Origin: an uncultured bacterium
Lineage (GTDB): Bacteria; Verrucomicrobiota; Kiritimatiellia; PWTM01
Direction: 5' to 3'
Assembly (NCBI GenBank): GCA_900661335.1
Contig: CAACVY010000004.1
Coordinates: 70-64,069 of the forward strand
DNA length: 64,000 nucleotides
In this document: positions 9,496 through 18,768 of the stretch, one piece after another
Layout of the letters: each line of letters starts with the position of its first letter
How positions within the stretch are numbered: the stretch's first letter is position 1
Position numbers and translations under genes: made by a program
Notes under the pieces: model-generated
Database searches by the model: none
What the model saw: the letters and a program-made list of their open reading frames with translations, nothing else
Told to the model about the DNA's origin: nothing

Positions 9496-9521
9496 AGTGT
9501 CGGTAAGAGGTGTGAAGTGTC
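9487..9521 (+). promoter_or_regulatory. Phased GTGTC direct repeats (MraZ-operator-like)
   Basis: GTGTC occurs at 9487, 9497 and 9517, in 10-bp register, with GTGTG at 9510. The repeats overlap the -10 element, the predicted transcription start and the mraZ start codon. Confidence 0.35.
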
Positions 9522-10008
9522 AAAGAAGGCCCAGCGTCGTTCGGATCCACCGACTGCAGGCGGAGTTCGCTATTTTTGCGGACAGTACCGCCACAACCTT
9601 GACCCGAAACGACGACTGACCATTCCGGCCGAGTGGCGTGCGATCGTGGGAGAACCCGCGCAGTTTTTCGTGGTCCCGAGCGTGGGCGAACCGCGGCTGC
9701 TGTACGTCTATCCGGCTCGCGTCATGGAACCCAAGCTCCAGAACATCCACAACCTGCCCATGGCGGATGCCAAGGGCCGTGCCTATCTGCGCATTATGGG
9801 CGCACGCTCGGAAATCTTGGGTTGGGATGTTCAAGGCCGTATTCGGATCCGTGACGATCTCCTCGAGTACGCCCGGCTGACCGATGAAGTGCTCCTTGTG
9901 GGCAACTACGAAGGCTTTGAGCTTTGGAACCCGGACGAGTGGCGAAAGTTCGAACAGTCCGTGAACGAACAGTCCCTCGTCGAAGCTTCGAAGTACGTGG
10001 GCATCTAA
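9517..10008 (+). CDS. mraZ: Transcriptional regulator MraZ
   Basis: Two SpoVT/AbrB-like halves carry the motifs LDPKRRLTIP and GRIRIRDDL. The GTG at 9517 is preceded by AAGAGG with a 6-nt spacer. The track start at 9487 would fall inside the predicted promoter. Confidence 0.88.
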   Translation: MSKKAQRRSDPPTAGGVRYFCGQYRHNLDPKRRLTIPAEWRAIVGEPAQFFVVPSVGEPRLLYVYPARVMEPKLQNIHNLPMADAKGRAYLRIMGARSEILGWDVQGRIRIRDDLLEYARLTDEVLLVGNYEGFELWNPDEWRKFEQSVNEQSLVEASKYVGI

Positions 10009-10028
10009 TCTGCGATGGGAGGTATGCA

Positions 10029-10241
10029 ATGGTTCGCATGGCTCAGTTCTTGAACTTGAACCGTTCGGTGAACGGGACGACGGAGTCCGCTCCGCGCTAC
10101 GAAATCCCGAACGCAGGTGTGCCGTGGTGGCGACGGTGGTGGCCTTGGCATCGTGCGGACCGCTGCGGGGGCCCTACCGAGCCCGAGCGCAAATTGAAAG
10201 GCCTGGTGGTGGATCGCGGCGGAGCCCAGATCCTTCACTAA
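10029..10241 (+). CDS. Candidate small protein (70 aa), Trp/Arg-rich, between mraZ and rsmH
   Basis: A GGGAGG SD at 10017-10022 lies exactly 6 nt before the ATG at 10029. Third-position GC is about 76% by hand count, like neighbouring genes. The product contains VPWWRRWWPWHR. I recognise no family. Confidence 0.4.
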   Translation: MVRMAQFLNLNRSVNGTTESAPRYEIPNAGVPWWRRWWPWHRADRCGGPTEPERKLKGLVVDRGGAQILH

Positions 10242-10252
10242 GCGCGTCCCTC

Positions 10253-11185
10253 ATGACGCGGCACGTTCCAGTCATGGTCCGCGAGGTCCTCGAATGGATG
10301 AACGCAGGACCCGGGCGGCGGTTGGTGGACGCGACTCTCGACGGGGGCGGGCATAGCGCGGCCCTCTTGGAGGCATCCTCACCCGACGGCACTGTGCTCG
10401 GGCTAGACGCGGACCCTCAAGCGGTGACGCGCGCACGGGAACGGTTGGCGGTGTACGGAACTCGATTCCGTGCCGTCCACAGTCGGTTCAGTCGCCTCGA
10501 CGAAGTCGCACACGCCGAGGGTTTCGTGCCGGCCGATGCCGTCGTGTTCGACTTGGGTGTCTCCTCCGACCAACTCGAAGACGCCGCACGGGGATTCAGC
10601 TTCCAACACGATGGACCGTTGGACATGCGGATGGATCCAGATCGCCCGTGGACCGCGGCCGACATCGTGAACACTTGGTCGGAGGACGATCTAGATCATC
10701 TGTTCCGCGAGTACGGCGAAGAGCCCCGGGCCCGACGCATCGCGCAAGCGATCGTGCGGACCCGTGCGCGCGAACCGATTCTGCGGACTTTGCAGCTGGC
10801 CGAGGTGGTCGCGGACGCCGTGGGAGGACGTCGGGGGCGACTGCATCCGGCGACGCGCGTGTTTCAAGCGCTTCGCATCGTGGTGAACCAAGAGCTGGAA
10901 GAGCTCGAGCGAGGGCTGGCGGCCGCCCTGAACATCCTGCGGGTGGGAGGGCGAGTGGTGGTGATCGCATTCCATAGTTTGGAGGATCGCATCGTGAAAC
11001 AGATGTTTCGCGCGCACGAGCCACGGCAGGTGGCGTTGCAGGAAGGCGGATGCCGATCGGTAGTGCAAGAGCCTCCCGTACGGATCCTGACCCGGCACCC
11101 TTTGCGCCCCCAAGAAGACGAAGTGCAACGCAATCCACGGGCCCGCTCTGCACGCCTGCGTGTCGCGGAAAGGATCGGAGGTTGA
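10253..11185 (+). CDS. rsmH: 16S rRNA (cytosine1402-N4)-methyltransferase
   Basis: HVPVMVREVLEWM, DATLDGGGHS, VFDLGVSSDQL and FHSLEDRIVK motifs are present. The ATG at 10253 is the conserved start position. Confidence 0.93.
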   Translation: MTRHVPVMVREVLEWMNAGPGRRLVDATLDGGGHSAALLEASSPDGTVLGLDADPQAVTRARERLAVYGTRFRAVHSRFSRLDEVAHAEGFVPADAVVFDLGVSSDQLEDAARGFSFQHDGPLDMRMDPDRPWTAADIVNTWSEDDLDHLFREYGEEPRARRIAQAIVRTRAREPILRTLQLAEVVADAVGGRRGRLHPATRVFQALRIVVNQELEELERGLAAALNILRVGGRVVVIAFHSLEDRIVKQMFRAHEPRQVALQEGGCRSVVQEPPVRILTRHPLRPQEDEVQRNPRARSARLRVAERIGG

Positions 11186-11186
11186 T

Positions 11187-11573
11187 ATGTGGCGTCGACG
11201 TCGAGTCAACACCAAGCGGACACCGTCTCCCGTACGTCCGTTCGACTTTTGGTTTCCACTGCTCTTGGTCGTGGTGCTGTCCGTGGTGTACCTCTCCATG
11301 GATAACCGGTGTCGCCACCTGGCCAACGACTTAGGCGCACTGGAACAACGGCTTCAAGAGTACCGGCAACACCGGGCGGTCGAAGAGGTTCGATGGCGCA
11401 GCTTGAGTACGTTGAAGTCCGTGCGTGCACAGCTGGCCCGGTTCGGTGTGCCCATGGAATGGGCCGGCGGCGATCGTACTATCTACATCACTCGGTGGTC
11501 ACCGACCCCACCGGAGCCAGTCCAGCCGGCCGCTCAGGTGGCCCGAACCGGAGTCCGCGAGCGTCGTGAATGA
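11187..11573 (+). CDS. ftsL: FtsL-like cell division protein (single TM plus coiled coil)
   Basis: It sits in the conserved slot between rsmH and ftsI. It has a basic N-terminus, one TM helix (FWFPLLLVVVLSVVYL) and then a leucine-rich helix. The call rests on position and architecture only. Confidence 0.65.
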   Translation: MWRRRRVNTKRTPSPVRPFDFWFPLLLVVVLSVVYLSMDNRCRHLANDLGALEQRLQEYRQHRAVEEVRWRSLSTLKSVRAQLARFGVPMEWAGGDRTIYITRWSPTPPEPVQPAAQVARTGVRERRE

Positions 11574-13314
11574 GAGGAGTGCCAAAGTCGTTTTGGGGCT
11601 CACGGGGGCGATCGTCGGCACCGCCTTTGCCGCTCTCGGCGCCCGGTTGACCGCGCTACACCTCTCTCCCCTTCCTAGCTCTCCAGAGCTTCGCGTGGTC
11701 GTACCAGCTGAACGAGGCCGGATTCTGGACCGACATGGTGTGGTGCTTGCGATGGACGTCCCCGCGTACCGACTCAACGCCGACCCGAAAGCGATCGCCG
11801 AAGAAGGTGCCGCCGAAGCGTATGCGCGGGTCCTGCAACGAATTTTGGGGTTGGACCCCGACGAGGTCCGCCGGCAACTTTCCCGAACCGATCGCCGCCA
11901 AGTCTATCTCGCGCACGGGCTGACACGAACGCAGCGGGACCACGTATTCGCCACCAAACTCCGGCATCTCTGGTTCGACGAGATGTATGTGCGCCAGTAC
12001 CCATTGAACGAACTCGCTGCTCATGTGGTGGGGTTCGTCAACGCCGAAGGCGTCGGATCCGCAGGCATCGAACAATCCTTGGATCGCTTCCTGCGCGGGA
12101 CACCGGGATTGAGGGTCATTGTGCAGGATGGCCGCCGGCGCGAGATCCGGGACAGCCGCCGCGTGGACATCCAGCCGGAGCCCGGGGCCACAGTGACGCT
12201 CACACTGGACGTCAACCTCCAAACATTTACAGAGGAGGCCCTGGATGAAGCCGTCCGGCAACACAACGCGCTCGGTGGTTGGGCCATCGTAATGGACGTG
12301 CGCACGGGCGAAATTTTGGCCATGACCAGCCGCCCGACCTTCGACCTGAACCGCTACTCCCAGTCGTCCGAAGACCAACGCTTGAATCGGGCGGTCGGGT
12401 ACGTCTACGAGCCGGGCTCTATCTTCAAAGTCGCGACGATCGCAGCCGCATTGAACGAGGGCGTGGTTCAACCCGAGACCGAATTCGACTGCGAAAACGG
12501 GCTGTGGGTGTTCCGAGGCCGGCCGATGCGGGACTTCCATCCCTATGGGCGACTGACTGTGCGTGGAATCATCCAAAAATCCAGCAACATCGGCGCGGCG
12601 AAAATCACGGACTTGTTAGGCGAAGCCCGCCTCGAAAAGTACCTCACGCTGTACGGCTTTGGGCGTCCGACGGGCGTAGGCCTGCCCGGAGAGGAAACGG
12701 GACTGCTGCGCCCGCGTTCGCAATGGGACAACCTGACAGCGACGCGGATCGCGTTTGGCCACAGCATCGGCGTCACGGCGCTCCAGATGGTGATGCTGTT
12801 GGGCATGATTGGGCATGACGGTGTGCTGATGCGACCCGCCATGGTTCAACGCGTGACGGACGCCCGTGGGCGTGTCCTGATGGAGTTCGTCCCCACTGAA
12901 CTCGCGCGTCCGCTACGCCCTGAAGTCGCACGACGCATGCGCGAGATGATGGTCGCAGTGACCGAGGAGGGAGGCACCGGCCGGCGGGCGGCCATCCCCG
13001 GAGTGCCCGTGGCCGGCAAAACTGGCACGGCCATCAAAGTAGGGCCCTCTGGCTATGACTCGCGCCGAAACATCGCGTCGTTCATGGGTCTGGTTCCCGC
13101 CGACCAGCCACGTTTTGCCGTTCTAGTGTCTGTCGACGAACCTCAGCCGGAGCACACGGGCGGCGTGGTCGCGGCACCGGTGTTTCGGCGTATCGCGGAG
13201 CAGGCGTTGCGGTATGCCGGCGTCACGCCGTCGCCCGAGACCCGCCCGCTCGAGGTTCCGCCTCCCGCGTCTGAACCGGAGGATCGCGGCCATGTGGATT
13301 GGCCAGTTATGTGA
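11566..13314 (+). CDS. ftsI: Peptidoglycan D,D-transpeptidase FtsI (class B PBP)
   Basis: The SIFK (SxxK), SSN (SxN) and KTGT motifs are present, with an N-terminal TM anchor. The GTG at 11566 overlaps the ftsL stop. Confidence 0.9.
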   Translation: MNERSAKVVLGLTGAIVGTAFAALGARLTALHLSPLPSSPELRVVVPAERGRILDRHGVVLAMDVPAYRLNADPKAIAEEGAAEAYARVLQRILGLDPDEVRRQLSRTDRRQVYLAHGLTRTQRDHVFATKLRHLWFDEMYVRQYPLNELAAHVVGFVNAEGVGSAGIEQSLDRFLRGTPGLRVIVQDGRRREIRDSRRVDIQPEPGATVTLTLDVNLQTFTEEALDEAVRQHNALGGWAIVMDVRTGEILAMTSRPTFDLNRYSQSSEDQRLNRAVGYVYEPGSIFKVATIAAALNEGVVQPETEFDCENGLWVFRGRPMRDFHPYGRLTVRGIIQKSSNIGAAKITDLLGEARLEKYLTLYGFGRPTGVGLPGEETGLLRPRSQWDNLTATRIAFGHSIGVTALQMVMLLGMIGHDGVLMRPAMVQRVTDARGRVLMEFVPTELARPLRPEVARRMREMMVAVTEEGGTGRRAAIPGVPVAGKTGTAIKVGPSGYDSRRNIASFMGLVPADQPRFAVLVSVDEPQPEHTGGVVAAPVFRRIAEQALRYAGVTPSPETRPLEVPPPASEPEDRGHVDWPVM

Positions 13315-13321
13315 GGAAACC

Positions 13322-14791
13322 ATGCGGATCGAAACACTCCTCAGCGTCCTTCAACCGATGACCATCCGCGGTGATCTGAACACGGACGTTGTAGGCATCG
13401 CGTACGACTCTCGACAAGTGCGCCCGGGATATTTGTTCGTGGCACTTCCGGGTCAACGCGACGACGGACGTCGTTACATTGACGACGCCATTCGTCGTGG
13501 CGCCGTCGCGGTCGTCAGCGAAGGCCGTGAGGTCGCCCGCGCTCGCGACGTTGTGTGGATCGTCGTGGAAGACGCGCGTCGCGCGCTGGCCGAAATTTCC
13601 GCGGCGTTTCACGGCAACCCGGCCGCCCAACTCGAACTCATCGGCGTCACGGGTACCAACGGGAAGACCACCACGACGTTCATGTTGCGGGATATTTTCC
13701 TCGCCGCGGGCCGCCAGCCCGGACTCATCGGCACGGTGGTCTACGAGATCGGCGCCCGCCGGATCCCGGCCATCCGAACCACTCCAGAATCTTCGGACCT
13801 CCATGACATGCTGGCCCAAATGGTTCGGGCGGGCTGCCGTTCCGCCATCCTCGAGGTCTCCTCGCACGCCTTAGAGCAAAAGCGCGTGTGGGGACTGGAT
13901 TTCGACGTGGGCGTGTTCACCAATTTGACGCGCGACCATCTCGATTATCACGGTACGATGGAGCGGTATTTCCATGCAAAGGCTCGGCTCTTCCACATGC
14001 TCGGCAGCATGGAAAAACGCGCAACGGCCGTGATCAACCTGGACGATCCCTGGGGCCAGCAGCTGGCTCAGCTCGAAGCCCGATGGGCCGAACTCATCAC
14101 GTTCGGGGCCCATCCCGCTGCAACCGTCCGAGTCGACCAGATCGAAATCAGTGCGGAAGGTTCCTCCTGCCGTGTCATCACACCGTGGGGCGAGTTCGAC
14201 CTGACATTGAGCGTCCTCGGCCGGTTCAACATTTGGAATGCCCTGGCGGCCATGGCCGTGGCGGGCGCCCGAGGAATTCCGATGGACCTCGTCGTCGCGA
14301 CGCTACGCCACTTCCATGGAGCGCCTGGCCGGCTGGAGCGAATCCCCAACCGCAAGGGCTTGGACGTGTTCGTGGACTATGCCCACACCGACGATGCGTT
14401 GGACCACGTGCTGACCACGTTGCGAGAGGTATGCCGCGGGCACCTTTATGTGGTCTTCGGCTGCGGCGGCAACCGAGACCGCTCCAAGCGACCCCTCATG
14501 GGACGAGTGGCCGGCTTGCGCGCGGACTACGTGATCCTGACCAACGACAACCCTCGTGAAGAAGATCCGATGCAAATTCTCCGCGAGATCGAACAGGGAA
14601 TTCCCCCTGGCTCATCGTACGAAATCATCCCCGACCGCGAAGCTGCCATCGCGCGGGCCATCCAACTGGCACGCTCGGGTGATATGGTCCTTATCGCGGG
14701 CAAAGGGCACGAAACCTGCCAAGAGTTTGCGCGCAGCGTGGTACCGTTCGATGATCGCCTTGTCGCACGGCATTACCTCGAACAGCTTTGA
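13322..14791 (+). CDS. murE: UDP-N-acetylmuramoyl-L-alanyl-D-glutamate--2,6-diaminopimelate ligase
   Basis: It has the GVTGTNGKTTT P-loop, a DNPR motif (LTNDNPREEDP) and Mur ligase domain order. The start is ATG 13322, or alternatively 13292. Confidence 0.92.
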   Translation: MRIETLLSVLQPMTIRGDLNTDVVGIAYDSRQVRPGYLFVALPGQRDDGRRYIDDAIRRGAVAVVSEGREVARARDVVWIVVEDARRALAEISAAFHGNPAAQLELIGVTGTNGKTTTTFMLRDIFLAAGRQPGLIGTVVYEIGARRIPAIRTTPESSDLHDMLAQMVRAGCRSAILEVSSHALEQKRVWGLDFDVGVFTNLTRDHLDYHGTMERYFHAKARLFHMLGSMEKRATAVINLDDPWGQQLAQLEARWAELITFGAHPAATVRVDQIEISAEGSSCRVITPWGEFDLTLSVLGRFNIWNALAAMAVAGARGIPMDLVVATLRHFHGAPGRLERIPNRKGLDVFVDYAHTDDALDHVLTTLREVCRGHLYVVFGCGGNRDRSKRPLMGRVAGLRADYVILTNDNPREEDPMQILREIEQGIPPGSSYEIIPDREAAIARAIQLARSGDMVLIAGKGHETCQEFARSVVPFDDRLVARHYLEQL

Positions 14792-16191
14792 AAGGTCATC
14801 TCGTGTTGGACCCTTTGGAATTGGCGCGATGGACCGGCGGTGCCTGGGTGGCCCCCCCACCCACGCAGCCATTGGCGGGGCTGGTCCACGATTCCCGAGA
14901 AGTCCGCCCTGGATTCGGGTTCATTGCACTGCCCGGCCAACGAATGGATGGCCATGCGTTCGTGGACGATGCGTTCCACCGCGGCGCCGCCGCCGTGATC
15001 GTCGCCCGCCCACCCGCATCGCCGGCGGGCCCTACGCTGGTCGTAGCCGACACCCGCACCGCGCTCACCCACATTGCGCGAGGCTATCGAGCCACGTGGA
15101 CTGCCCGTATCATCGGCATCACGGGCAGCGTGGGCAAAACCACCACGAAAGATCTCGTCGCGCACGTGCTGAGCACCGCGGGCGTCACCGGCCGCACTAT
15201 CGAAAATTGGAACAACGACATCGGCTTACCGCTCAGCCTGGTGAATACACGACGAGACTGCCGTTGGGGAGTGTTCGAGGTTGGTATGAATCACCCCGGA
15301 GAACTCCGACCCCTGTGCGACCTACTTGGCCCGCATTGGGGCATCCTCACCCGAGTGGGCCCGGTCCACATCGAGTTCTTCGCAGACGAATCGGCCATTG
15401 CAGACGAAAAGGCGACTCTGCTAAGGGTTTTACCGCCCCACGGATTGGCCATCCTCGCGCCCGACGAGCCCTGGTTCGAACGGCTCGCCAGCCAAGCGCC
15501 CTGCCGGATCGTTACCGTAGCCCTGCGCCCAGACGTCGGCGCCACGTACGTGCTGACCCCAGGCCCATCGGGCCTCACCTTCACCGTAGAAGGGCCGGAC
15601 GGTTGGCGCTGCACAGCCACGGCGCCGATCCCCGGTGAACCTTTCCTCCGGGCCGCCGTGCGCGCGGCGGCCGTCGGCCACCAAGCGGGTCTCACGCCCG
15701 AACAAGTCACGACGGCCCTCAACACGTTTCGGCCTCCCCCCATGCGCGGAACCCGTACGGTCGTGCGCGGAGTGACTTGGGTCAACGACGCCTACAACGC
15801 CAACATCTTGAGTATGCGGGCCGCATTGGACACTTGGGCGGCCGATCCAATCCCGCGTAAATGGGTGGTCCTGGGTGGAATGCGAGAACTTGGAACGTTC
15901 ACGGAACAGTTTCACCGCGATCTGGGAGCCCACGCGGCTCGCGGTCCTTGGGCGGGCATTCTCTGGGTCGGCGAATTGACGCGCCCCGCCATGGAGGCCG
16001 CGCTCGCTGCCGGCTGGCCACACGACCACACGTGGCACTTCCCCAACGCACAAAGCGTGGCAGAATTTTTGGCGACGGCGCTGCGTCCCGGTGATGGCGT
16101 CCTTCTTAAAGGCTCGCGCGCTGAACAGATTGAACGAGTGTTGGAACTTTGGACCGGTTTCGGCTCCCGCGAGGATTCCACTACGGGCTAG
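14788..16191 (+). CDS. murF: UDP-N-acetylmuramoyl-tripeptide--D-alanyl-D-alanine ligase
   Basis: It has the GITGSVGKTTTK P-loop and an NDAYNAN motif. It overlaps the murE stop (TTGA). Confidence 0.92.
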   Translation: MKGHLVLDPLELARWTGGAWVAPPPTQPLAGLVHDSREVRPGFGFIALPGQRMDGHAFVDDAFHRGAAAVIVARPPASPAGPTLVVADTRTALTHIARGYRATWTARIIGITGSVGKTTTKDLVAHVLSTAGVTGRTIENWNNDIGLPLSLVNTRRDCRWGVFEVGMNHPGELRPLCDLLGPHWGILTRVGPVHIEFFADESAIADEKATLLRVLPPHGLAILAPDEPWFERLASQAPCRIVTVALRPDVGATYVLTPGPSGLTFTVEGPDGWRCTATAPIPGEPFLRAAVRAAAVGHQAGLTPEQVTTALNTFRPPPMRGTRTVVRGVTWVNDAYNANILSMRAALDTWAADPIPRKWVVLGGMRELGTFTEQFHRDLGAHAARGPWAGILWVGELTRPAMEAALAAGWPHDHTWHFPNAQSVAEFLATALRPGDGVLLKGSRAEQIERVLELWTGFGSREDSTTG

Positions 16192-16209
16192 CACCCACGA
16201 GACACAACC

Positions 16210-17340
16210 ATGCTGTACTTTTTGAGCGAATTACGAGATTGGTGGTCCCCGTTCAACCTGTTCCGGTACGTCACGTTTCGTGCTCTCGCCGGAGCCGGCT
16301 CGGCGTTTTTGGTCTGCTTGCTCCTCGGGCCTTGGACGATCCGGGCTCTCCAACGGCTACGGCAACCGTCCCGGCTCGAGCTGGTCCCTGCGCTGCATGC
16401 GGTCCACCGAAAAAAGAATGTACCTACCATGGGGGGCCTGTTGATCCTGGGCGCCACCACGTTGGCGACGCTCCTGTGGGCGATCCCGACCAATGCCTTG
16501 GTGCTGATGTGTCTCATGGTCACATGGGTCATGGGAGCGGTGGGGTTCGCCGACGACTACCTCAAAGTCACCGAGCGAAACCGCCATGGGCTCGCGGCTC
16601 GCTGGAAGCTCCTGGCACAAACGCTGTGCGCGCTCGTCCTCGTGTCCGTGCTGTGGGGCGTTCCTGAATGGCACCCTATGGCCAGTCAACTGGCACTTCC
16701 ATTCATGAAGTCGCCCTTGATCAGCGACATGGGCTTCATCCCATCCATGCTGTTCGCATTGCTCGTGTTAGTCGGTTGCACCAATGCGGTGAACTTGACC
16801 GACGGATTGGATGGACTTGCCGTCGGGTGTACCGGGTCAGTGGCCACGTCGTACTTGGTCCTGTCCTACTGCACCGGCCATGCGCTCTTCGCACGATATC
16901 TTCAAATCCCCTACGTCCCCGGCGCCGCGGAACTTGCGGTTTTTTGCGGATGCCTGTTGGGAGCGTGCCTGGGATTTCTTTGGTGGAACTGTCAACCTGC
17001 GCGCGTGTTCATGGGCGATACTGGCAGCCTCGCGCTCGGCGGAGCAATCGCTACCGTGGCGATTTTGATCAATCAAGAAATTACGTTGGTCTTGGTCGGT
17101 GGAATTTTCGTCGTGGAAGCACTCAGCGTGATTCTCCAAGTGGCGTACTTCAAGTGGACCGGCGGCCGCCGGCTGTTCCGTTGTGCCCCGATCCATCACC
17201 ATTTCGAACTGATTGCCCAAGAACAGCTTCGGCAAGAGGGGCGGGTTGCGGAGCTCGCAGAAGCGAGGGTCACCACGCGGTTCTGGATCGTCTCGCTCAT
17301 TCTGGCGCTGGCCGGTGTGGCTACGTTGAAGATTCGATGA
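16210..17340 (+). CDS. mraY: Phospho-N-acetylmuramoyl-pentapeptide-transferase
   Basis: The protein is polytopic with NAVNLTDGLDGLA and FMGDTGSLALGG motifs. Confidence 0.95.
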   Translation: MLYFLSELRDWWSPFNLFRYVTFRALAGAGSAFLVCLLLGPWTIRALQRLRQPSRLELVPALHAVHRKKNVPTMGGLLILGATTLATLLWAIPTNALVLMCLMVTWVMGAVGFADDYLKVTERNRHGLAARWKLLAQTLCALVLVSVLWGVPEWHPMASQLALPFMKSPLISDMGFIPSMLFALLVLVGCTNAVNLTDGLDGLAVGCTGSVATSYLVLSYCTGHALFARYLQIPYVPGAAELAVFCGCLLGACLGFLWWNCQPARVFMGDTGSLALGGAIATVAILINQEITLVLVGGIFVVEALSVILQVAYFKWTGGRRLFRCAPIHHHFELIAQEQLRQEGRVAELAEARVTTRFWIVSLILALAGVATLKIR

Positions 17341-18767
17341 ACCAGGGAATGCCAACGAACGGCGCAGGTCTCCATAGCGAGGCAGGGATCCCGTCTCGGC
17401 TGGCCGGCCGACGGGTGTTGGTATTGGGTCTGGGCCGCAGCGGCGTGGCTGCGGCCGAACTATTGAACGATGAAGGAGTGGCCGTCACGGTGCTGGACTC
17501 CGCCCAGGGACCCGCGCAGCGAGAAGCGGCCGCACGCTTGGCCCGACGAGGAATCGAAGTACGACTCGGTTGGCCCTTGGAACGTCCGGCACCGGACGAA
17601 TCCTGGGAGTTTGCGGTCACGGTGCCGGGGATCCCGATTGCCTCCGTGTGGATTTCCGAGTTACTTCGGCGCGGCGTGCGTGTGGTGTCGGAACTGGAAT
17701 ATGGATGGTCCCGTCGCGGTTCTGTCCGCGTGGCGGCGATCACCGGATCCAACGGCAAAAGCACCGCGGTGAAACTTCTCGCGGAGTGCATTCGCGCGGC
17801 TGGCGCTCGCTCGGTTCCAGCCGGCAACTACGGCGTTCCCGTGTGCGAAGTAGTCCGAACCCATGGAACGCTCGACTGGTGGGTTCTGGAGGTCAGTTCA
17901 TTCCAGCTGGAAACTTGCTGGGAGTTCCGCCCCGATGTCGGGGTGGTGCTGAACGTGCAACCCAACCACCTGGATCGCCACGGGGACATGGCGACCTACC
18001 GAGCGTTGAAGATGCGTCTGTTCGCGCAGCAGCGTCCTTCCGACGCCGCGATTCTTCCGCAAGAACAACTGCATGAGCTGTTGTCCACTTCGCTTGTGCG
18101 GGGACGTCGTTCCACGTTCGGCATCACTCCCGCGGCCGACTGGTGGTACTCGGCGGATCGCATCGTGCACCGCGGAACTGTACGAGCGAACGTTCGCGGA
18201 ACCTGGATGGGGAACGAGGTGTTGGGGCCCGCCGCGGCGGCCGTGGCGGCAAGCTTGGATGCCATGGGATTGCCTCCCGAAGTTCTCGAGGTCGCTGCGC
18301 ACCGCTTTGAGCCTTTGCCCCACCGCTGCAGTCGCGTAGCAGAACTGGACGGCGTGCTGTACATCAACGATTCCAAGTCCACGACCGTCGCGGCGATCAT
18401 TGCGGCGTTGCGCCAGGTGGATCGTCCAGTGCGGCTCATCGCGGGCGGTCGGAGCAAAGAGCGGGACTTCACCGCCGCCACCCCATGGTTGGCCCAGCGG
18501 GTGCGAGCGGTGTATTTGATCGGCGAAGCGGCCGAAGAACTTGCATCGGCATGGTCCGGTGTAGTACCATGCATCGTGTGCGGCACGTTGAGCGCCGCTA
18601 TCGAGCGTGCCCGGCGCGAGGCGTGCGCCGGCGAGGCAGTGGTGCTTTCACCAGGCTGCACAAGTTTCGATCAGTTTCGAGACTTCGAGGAACGCGGGGA
18701 AACATTTGAGCGGTTGGTTCGACAGTGGGTGCAAAACGGGGAACCAACGCGACAGAGGAGTGAGTGA
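17337..18767 (+). CDS. murD: UDP-N-acetylmuramoylalanine--D-glutamate ligase
   Basis: It has the GLGRSGVAAAELL Rossmann motif and the ITGSNGKST P-loop. It forms an ATGA overlap with mraY. The track ORF start at 16668 is an in-frame run-on inside mraY. Confidence 0.92.
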   Translation: MNQGMPTNGAGLHSEAGIPSRLAGRRVLVLGLGRSGVAAAELLNDEGVAVTVLDSAQGPAQREAAARLARRGIEVRLGWPLERPAPDESWEFAVTVPGIPIASVWISELLRRGVRVVSELEYGWSRRGSVRVAAITGSNGKSTAVKLLAECIRAAGARSVPAGNYGVPVCEVVRTHGTLDWWVLEVSSFQLETCWEFRPDVGVVLNVQPNHLDRHGDMATYRALKMRLFAQQRPSDAAILPQEQLHELLSTSLVRGRRSTFGITPAADWWYSADRIVHRGTVRANVRGTWMGNEVLGPAAAAVAASLDAMGLPPEVLEVAAHRFEPLPHRCSRVAELDGVLYINDSKSTTVAAIIAALRQVDRPVRLIAGGRSKERDFTAATPWLAQRVRAVYLIGEAAEELASAWSGVVPCIVCGTLSAAIERARREACAGEAVVLSPGCTSFDQFRDFEERGETFERLVRQWVQNGEPTRQRSE

Positions 18768-18768
18768 C

